Assembly: GCA_035461305.1 (NCBI GenBank)
Contig: DATHVN010000076.1
Location: 667 to 64,666 of the forward strand
From: Euzebyales bacterium
GTDB lineage: Bacteria; Actinomycetota; Nitriliruptoria; Euzebyales; JAHELV01
Length of the DNA: 64,000 bases
Direction of reading: 5' to 3'
Positions 57,194-64,000 of the stretch are shown here, one piece after another. A program made the position numbers and the translations under genes. Positions within the stretch are counted from its first letter, which is position 1. Every line of letters starts with the position of its first letter. Under the pieces are notes generated by a model. The model saw nothing but the letters and a program-made list of their open reading frames with translations, made no database searches and had not been told where the DNA came from.

Positions 57194-57208
57194 CATCCCG
57201 CCCACGCA

Positions 57209-57230
57209 GTCGTTTCTTATAGGAAACGAC
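57209..57230. promoter_or_regulatory. AT-rich perfect inverted repeat GTCGTTTC-ttatag-GAAACGAC (hairpin or operator)
   Basis: 8-bp arms and a 6-nt loop in the 96-nt gap between the 215-aa ORF and the amidohydrolase gene. TTGACA (57190-57195) lies 13 nt upstream. Confidence 0.5.
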
Positions 57231-57289
57231 GACTTGCCCATATGAAGCGCGGCACTCAGCGCACTGCGAACGCACAAAGGAACGTGAAC

Positions 57290-58147
57290 ATGGCGTCACA
57301 GGACCGTGTCGAACGGGACGTCTTCGACGGTCACAGCCACATCGGTGAGCTACCGCCGTACGCCTTCTACGACCTAACCGAGCCCGTCAAGCCGACGGTC
57401 TACGACTTCCCCGACACCAAGTCCTACCTCGATCACCTCGACACCCTCGGGGTCGAACGTGCGCTGGTGCTCCCCAACTACGGCGTTCCCGACCAGCAGG
57501 CCGCGTTCTCGCTGAACCCGGTCATGCTGGACGCGGTCACGTCGACGGACCGGCTGATCGGCGGCCTGTGGGTGTCGTTCCTGCCGCAGAACCGCGAGTC
57601 GACGAAGGAGGCCCTGCGCCACGCAGGCGAGGACGGGATCGTGGCGCTCAAGACCACGTTCCTGCTGGGCGGCACACCGAACCCCGACGATTGGGACGAG
57701 GAGACCGAGGAGATCGCCAACGCGTGTTTCGACGCCGCCGAGGAGCACGACCTGGTCTTCCACTTCCACACCAGCCCCGGCGGAGCGTCCGACATCAACA
57801 ACTACATCCCCCTGGTCCAGCGTTACGCCATGCGCGTCAAGACCCACCTCGTGCACTTCGGCGGCGGCGTCAGCGGTCACATCCGCCTCGTTCCCAGGTT
57901 CCTCGACTGGGTTGAGGAGGGTTACCGGGTCTACACGGACACGACCTGGTCGATCGGTTTCGGAGCGCGCTGGTTGATGACCGAGATCGAGAAGCGCGGC
58001 GTGGGTCACGATCGCGTGCTGTTCGCCTCGGACGAGCCGTGGAGCGACTTCTGGAGCGAGTACTACAAGATCAGGAACGCACCGGTCGGCGACGAGTTGA
58101 AGGACCGTGTCCTGCATCGCAACGCCGTGGAGCTCTACGAGAGGTGA
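57290..58147 (+). CDS. Amidohydrolase_2-type metal-dependent TIM-barrel hydrolase
   Basis: ATG 57290. N-terminal FDGHSHIG (HxH), ..LVFHFHT.., ..LVHFGGG.., ..LFASDEPW.. (Asp) fit the amidohydrolase pattern. Confidence 0.7.
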   Translation: MASQDRVERDVFDGHSHIGELPPYAFYDLTEPVKPTVYDFPDTKSYLDHLDTLGVERALVLPNYGVPDQQAAFSLNPVMLDAVTSTDRLIGGLWVSFLPQNRESTKEALRHAGEDGIVALKTTFLLGGTPNPDDWDEETEEIANACFDAAEEHDLVFHFHTSPGGASDINNYIPLVQRYAMRVKTHLVHFGGGVSGHIRLVPRFLDWVEEGYRVYTDTTWSIGFGARWLMTEIEKRGVGHDRVLFASDEPWSDFWSEYYKIRNAPVGDELKDRVLHRNAVELYER

Positions 58148-58152
58148 CGGCC

Positions 58153-59286
58153 ATGCCCAACGCCGACGACCGTGGGTTCGGCACCATGCTCGCCGACCTG
58201 CAGAGCTACGGCGCGCGCATCGAGCGTGAGATCGAAGGTCGTCGCGGCGGCGCCGGCCCCTCGGACGCCGGCATGATCTGGGTCGAGGGCGTGCGCGTGA
58301 CGTTCCCCTTCACCTCCGAGTACGTCGGGAACTCACCCTTCGTGCTGCGCGAGGACGTCGACGGCTGGCACCTGTGGCGCGACGGTGAACCGGTCGCGCG
58401 CGCCGAGGTGCCCGACCGCCCCCGCTTCTACGATCTGGAGACCGACGACGGCGTCCCGTACTGGAAGATCGCGCTGCTGCACATCGACTCGCTGGCCAGC
58501 ACGGTCATCCAGACCTGCAAGCACTGGGGCACCGACGACCAGTGCCACTTCTGCGGGATCGAGCTGTCTCTCGAGGCGGGTGCGACCATCCCGGTCAAGC
58601 GGCCGCACCAGCTCGCCGAGGTGGCGGCCGCCGCAAAGGAGCTCGACGGCGCGGTCGACGTGACCCTGACGACAGGGACCACCCATGGCCCTGACCGCGG
58701 TGCGCTCTACCTCGGGCGATGTGCGGCGGCGATCAAGGCCGCGACCGACCTGCCGATTCAGGTGCAGTTCGAGCCGCCGGAGGACCTGTCAGTGCTCGAC
58801 CGGATCAAGGCGCAGGGCGTTGATTCGGTGGGCATCCACGTCGAGTCGTTCGACCCCGACGTGCTGGCACGCATTGCGCCGCCGAAGGCACGCACAGGCA
58901 TCGACGGCTACTTCCACGCCTGGGAGCGCGCCGTCGCGGTCTTCGGTCGAGGCCAGGTGTCGACCTATGTGATCCTCGGGATGGGCGAGGACCTCGAGCT
59001 CACCGTCGACGGCTGTCGCCGCGCGGTCGACGCGGGGGTGTATCCGTTCGTGGTGCCGCTGCGGCCGGTCCCCGGGAGCATCCTCGAGGACCGGCTACCG
59101 CCATCACCCGACTACGTCGAGGCGATCTACCGGCGCGTCGGGCCCTACGTCACCAGCCGCGGCCTGGGATCCTGGAACGTCACCGCAGGGTGTGCACGGT
59201 GCCAGGCGTGTTCGGCCATCGCCGCCTTCGAGGAAACCGACGATGCTTCGACCCGCACTCGTCTCCCCGTTCTCGGCGTCAGCTGA
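58153..59286 (+). CDS. Radical SAM protein, MSMEG_0568-family type
   Basis: ATG 58153 lies 5 nt after the upstream stop. ..GGAGPSD.., ..PRFYDLETDDGVPYWKIALLH.., Cys cluster CKHWGTDDQCHFC, ..LTTGTT..DRGA.., ..GQVSTYVILGMGE.., ..GVYPFVVPLRPVPGS.., C-terminal ..AGCARCQACS. Confidence 0.75.
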   Translation: MPNADDRGFGTMLADLQSYGARIEREIEGRRGGAGPSDAGMIWVEGVRVTFPFTSEYVGNSPFVLREDVDGWHLWRDGEPVARAEVPDRPRFYDLETDDGVPYWKIALLHIDSLASTVIQTCKHWGTDDQCHFCGIELSLEAGATIPVKRPHQLAEVAAAAKELDGAVDVTLTTGTTHGPDRGALYLGRCAAAIKAATDLPIQVQFEPPEDLSVLDRIKAQGVDSVGIHVESFDPDVLARIAPPKARTGIDGYFHAWERAVAVFGRGQVSTYVILGMGEDLELTVDGCRRAVDAGVYPFVVPLRPVPGSILEDRLPPSPDYVEAIYRRVGPYVTSRGLGSWNVTAGCARCQACSAIAAFEETDDASTRTRLPVLGVS

Positions 59287-59785
59287 CGAGATCCGCCGGG
59301 CCCGCAAGGGCCCGACCCTGTCGTGCCGTGCCGCGGCGGACGATGAGCTGGCGCTGCACTGGCGTATCCGTCACGAGGTGTTCGTCGACGAGCAGGGCGT
59401 CTTCGACGTCGACGACCGCGACGAGTTCGACGACCGCGCCGGCACGGTGCATGCGCTCGGCTTGTGCGGCCCAGTCGCTGCGGGCACGGTGCGGTTCTAC
59501 CCCCTCAGCGACCCCCGGCTGTGGAAGGGTGACCGCCTCGCAGTGCTCCCGCCCTTCCGCAGCCTCGGACTCGGTGGGCCACTCGTGCGCTTCGCCGTGC
59601 ACACGGCAGGCACGCTGGGAGGCGAGCAGATGATCGCCTACATCCAGCCGCAGAACGTCGCGGTGTTCGAGCACCTCGGCTGGCGGACCGTCGGCCCGCT
59701 GATCGACTACGTCGGCCAGCCGCATCAGAAGATGCTGATTGACCTGTTGCGGTCCGACCCTCCCCACGTGACGCTCGTCCCGTAA
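59243..59785 (+). CDS. GNAT N-acetyltransferase, MSMEG_0567/Sll0786-family type
   Basis: ATG 59243 overlaps the rSAM 3' end by 44 nt. ..HWRIRHEVFVDEQGVFDVDDRDEFD..GTVRFYPL..WKGDRLAVLPPFR..IQPQNVAVFEHLGW..GQPHQKM... Confidence 0.7.
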   Translation: MLRPALVSPFSASADEIRRARKGPTLSCRAAADDELALHWRIRHEVFVDEQGVFDVDDRDEFDDRAGTVHALGLCGPVAAGTVRFYPLSDPRLWKGDRLAVLPPFRSLGLGGPLVRFAVHTAGTLGGEQMIAYIQPQNVAVFEHLGWRTVGPLIDYVGQPHQKMLIDLLRSDPPHVTLVP

Positions 59786-59835
59786 CGCCGTAGCGCACCA
59801 CCATCTGGGGCGGCTGGTCCGAGGATGGAGTGGGG

Positions 59836-59970
59836 TCATGCGGCGGGTTCGAGGGTGACGCGGTAGCCGAGGGCTTGGAGCTGGCGGACGTGGTTGTGGG
59901 TGAGTGTTCGCGGGTGATGCGGGTGTCGTGGTAGTCGGCGCCGAGATCGTGGTGGCGGGCGTCGTCCACA
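59836..59970 (-). mobile_element. Short frameshifted remnant resembling the C-terminus of an actinobacterial IS transposase
   Basis: The minus strand reads ..DDARHHDLGADYHDTRI, shift, ..HNHVRQLQALGYRVTLEPAA*. This is the ..LG-DY..R..V-QL-ALGY-VTL-PAA ending I associate with transposase annotations. No inverted repeats identified. Confidence 0.3.
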
Positions 59971-60022
59971 GATGACGACCCAGCATCGCGCCCGGTGCCC
60001 CACACCGGTCTACCCTCCGACC

Positions 60023-62098
<2,076 letters not shown>

Positions 62099-62101
62099 GC
62101 G

Positions 62102-62345
62102 TCACCCCGCAGGGAAGCGTGCACGCACGGCCGCGTGCACGGCGTCCGGCGTCGGCTCCACGTCAACAGCGCCTGCTCGACCGTGTGCAGCACCGCCCTC
62201 GTGCCGGTGCCCAGCGCGCGGTCGGCGTCCGCGACGCGCAACCGATCACGCGCCATCAGGACCTCGATGGCCAGCACGTCCTCGAGCAGCCCCAGCGCGC
62301 GGTCGGCCTGTCGCACCGACAGCGGGGCTCCCGTGCCGTGATCCT
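62102..62345 (-). pseudogene. C-terminal ~80-codon remnant of a histidine/aromatic-amino-acid ammonia-lyase family gene
   Basis: The minus strand reads ..KDHGTGAPLSVRQADRALGLLEDVLAIEVLMARDRLRVADADRALGTGTRAVLHTVEQALL, shift, VEPTPDAVHAAVRARFPAG*. This resembles the C-terminal helix region of HAL/PAL enzymes. No MIO-forming region is present. Confidence 0.45.
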
Positions 62346-62366
62346 TGACACGCGGCCGTGCGGGCC

Positions 62367-62432
62367 GGCTACCGCTCGGGCTCGTGCCGGCTACCCCTCC
62401 GGCTCGTGCCGGCTACCCCTCGGGCTCGTGCC
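62367..62432. repeat. Three tandem copies of a 22-bp unit GGCTACC(G/C)CTC(G/C)GGCTCGTGCC
   Basis: Copies at 62367-62388, 62389-62410 and 62411-62432. Each contains the small hairpin CCGGC-tcgt-GCCGG. The third copy encodes the last codons and TAG stop of the MFS gene. Confidence 0.85.
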
Positions 62433-63714
62433 GGCCGCGGCCATGCCCCACGTCCGTCCGGTGGTCGGGCACGCGGCGCCGGACCGCCAGCAGGATCCCG
62501 AGCGTCGCCGTCACGTGCACGACGAGCATCGTCGGCGTCAGACCGACCCGCGCGCCGACCCAGCCGAACGCCGCTGCGAGCGGCAGCACCCCGTACAGTG
62601 ACGTGATCGCCAGCACCATGCCGCCGCGGTTGGGCACCGCCTTGAGCGCGCGCGCCCGCACCAGTGGCCACACGGGTGCGACCGTCAGTGCCAGCGGCAC
62701 CGCCAGCACGACCTTGGCCGTCACGCCCGGCACCAGCAGCCAGACCGGGTAGATCAGCACGTTGGCGGCACACGCCACGGTCAGGATCCTGCGCGCGTCG
62801 TGACGCTGCACCCAGCGGTCCAGCAGCGCCAACCCGACGACCGACGCCGCGAGCTCGACCGCCGCGTGCACAGCGACCATGGACTGCGACGCACCGACCT
62901 CACCACCCAGCCACACGGGCTCGAACAGCGTCGGAACCTCGGCGACGGCGTCGCCGAGCAGCGCGAGCAGCCAGATGCGCGCCTCGTGGTCACGTAGCAC
63001 GACGCCGAGGTTCTCGCGCACCTGCCGCAGCGACCGCTGCACCGGCTCGATGGACACCGCACCACCGCCGGCGCCGACGCCAGCGGGACCCGGTACCGGC
63101 GTGGTGGCCAGCAGCACCGCGTACAGCAGGATCGCCAGCCCAGCGCCGACCAGCGCGATCCGGGCGTCGCCCCCCACCCAGGCGACCACCGCGATCGCGG
63201 CGGGCGCGAGCAGCGCTCCGATCGTGTCGAGCAGCGTCTGGCGTGCTCCGATCCGTTCCTCGGCGTCCGGGTGCATCTCGACCAGCAACACGTCGGTCGT
63301 CTGCGCCAGCGGCCCGGACGCCGCGCCGGCCACGACGAACGCCAGCACCAGCCAGCCGTAGCTCGGCGCGCCCGCCACCAGCAGCAGCGCGACGGCCCAG
63401 CCGAGCGCTCCCCAGACCAGCAGCGCCCGGCGCCGTAGGACGTCGATCCCCGCCGCCGCGACCGGCTCCACGACCGCGGCCACGGCGTACAGCGCCTGCA
63501 GACACCAGCCCACCTGCGCAACCGTCAGCCCGAGCCGCGTCCGCAGGGTCGGCATCAGGACCAGCGGGATCCCGCTGGCCAACTCGTCGACGAACCGGCC
63601 GAACAGCGCGAGCACCACTGCCCGGTCGGTCACGTCCTCACGGCGATGGATGCCGCGCACGCCGAGTCGGCGCGCCACCCACGCGTAGATCACATCAGAG
63701 CGCTCGTCAGCCAC
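62413..63714 (-). CDS. MFS transporter
   Basis: About 12 hydrophobic segments. GTG 63714 after GGAGGA is preferred over GTG 63744. Confidence 0.7.
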   Translation of the reverse strand: MADERSDVIYAWVARRLGVRGIHRREDVTDRAVVLALFGRFVDELASGIPLVLMPTLRTRLGLTVAQVGWCLQALYAVAAVVEPVAAAGIDVLRRRALLVWGALGWAVALLLVAGAPSYGWLVLAFVVAGAASGPLAQTTDVLLVEMHPDAEERIGARQTLLDTIGALLAPAAIAVVAWVGGDARIALVGAGLAILLYAVLLATTPVPGPAGVGAGGGAVSIEPVQRSLRQVRENLGVVLRDHEARIWLLALLGDAVAEVPTLFEPVWLGGEVGASQSMVAVHAAVELAASVVGLALLDRWVQRHDARRILTVACAANVLIYPVWLLVPGVTAKVVLAVPLALTVAPVWPLVRARALKAVPNRGGMVLAITSLYGVLPLAAAFGWVGARVGLTPTMLVVHVTATLGILLAVRRRVPDHRTDVGHGRGRHEPEG

Positions 63715-63871
63715 CTCGTCCTCCCCACCTCGTCGACAATGCACGTCGGTGGGAGGACGCGGCGGCGAACGCGCCGGTGCCGGGATGCAGCAGTCCGGCG
63801 CGCGCTGCCCGGGGTCAGATCACCTGGGGATGTGGTCGGGCGTCATCAGAGACAAGTCTATGCCGGCGTCG

Positions 63872-64000
63872 TCAGAACGGGTACGGACTGATGTCACCCT
63901 GCAGCGTCAGCCACTGCGTGTTGGTGAACGCCTCGATGTTGGCCGCGGGTCCACCGAGGCGCGCGCCGGTACCCGACGCACCGACGCCGCCGAACGGTGC
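63872..64000 (-). CDS. Aldehyde dehydrogenase, C-terminal 42 codons (rest outside the window)
   Basis: The minus strand reads ..APFGGVGASGTGARLGGPAANIEAFTNTQWLTLQGDISPYPF*, containing the PFGG-x-x-SG motif typical of the ALDH C-terminus. Confidence 0.55.
   Translation of the reverse strand, partial: APFGGVGASGTGARLGGPAANIEAFTNTQWLTLQGDISPYPF

Noticed and set aside
41877-59785. Search for a nitrilase (carbon-nitrogen hydrolase) and for an MSMEG_0570-type small protein in the cluster
   Set aside because: No supplied translation shows the Glu-Lys-Cys nitrilase pattern. None shows the short CYSPS-containing N-terminus I associate with the MSMEG_0570 family. The 81-aa and 215-aa ORFs do not resemble it, so they remain hypothetical.
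62367-62432. Possible CRISPR array
   Set aside because: The 22-bp units are directly adjacent with no spacers. There are only three copies and no cas genes in the window.

Overview
Very high-GC (about 70% by eye) actinobacterial chromosomal window, coding densely on both strands. I saw no rRNA, tRNA or CRISPR array. I call about 57 plausibly intact CDS and about 16 degraded genes. 1-41.8 kb is a patchwork: M14-like peptidase, PolX, Amt, MoxR-VWA, tandem mycofactocin-type SDRs with an orphan MftD-like dehydrogenase, YccF, an LMF-like membrane protein, HAD, TrmO-like, TetR regulators, two class III cyclases, a vanadium-haloperoxidase-like protein, GH3 beta-glucosidase, DUF2254, a polysaccharide deacetylase, RpiB and a GNAT. 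Scattered through it are many collapsed or frameshifted gene remnants. It also holds a ~0.5 kb low-GC island with a head-to-tail array of DnaA-box-like 9-mers. The most interesting part is 41.9-59.8 kb, a compact ~18 kb, 19-gene locus with no frameshifts or premature stops. It is built around signature genes of the poorly understood Nit1C / MSMEG_0565-0572 / sll0783-0787 nitrogen-starvation cluster: radical SAM, GNAT, Sll0783-like, AIR-synthase-related and a dedicated glycosyltransferase. It lacks the nitrilase, and an amidohydrolase occupies that slot. It is expanded by a ComA-like / two fumarate-lyase-superfamily / ACC-deaminase-fold operon, an FdrA-DUF1116-carbamate-kinase-like module, a CoADR/Nox-like flavoprotein, OsmC and an XRE-cupin regulator. 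To its right lie a transposase-like remnant, RecQ, an ammonia-lyase remnant, a 22-bp tandem repeat, an MFS transporter and the 3' end of an aldehyde dehydrogenase. All family assignments come from motif recognition by eye on the supplied translations and need HMM/BLAST confirmation.
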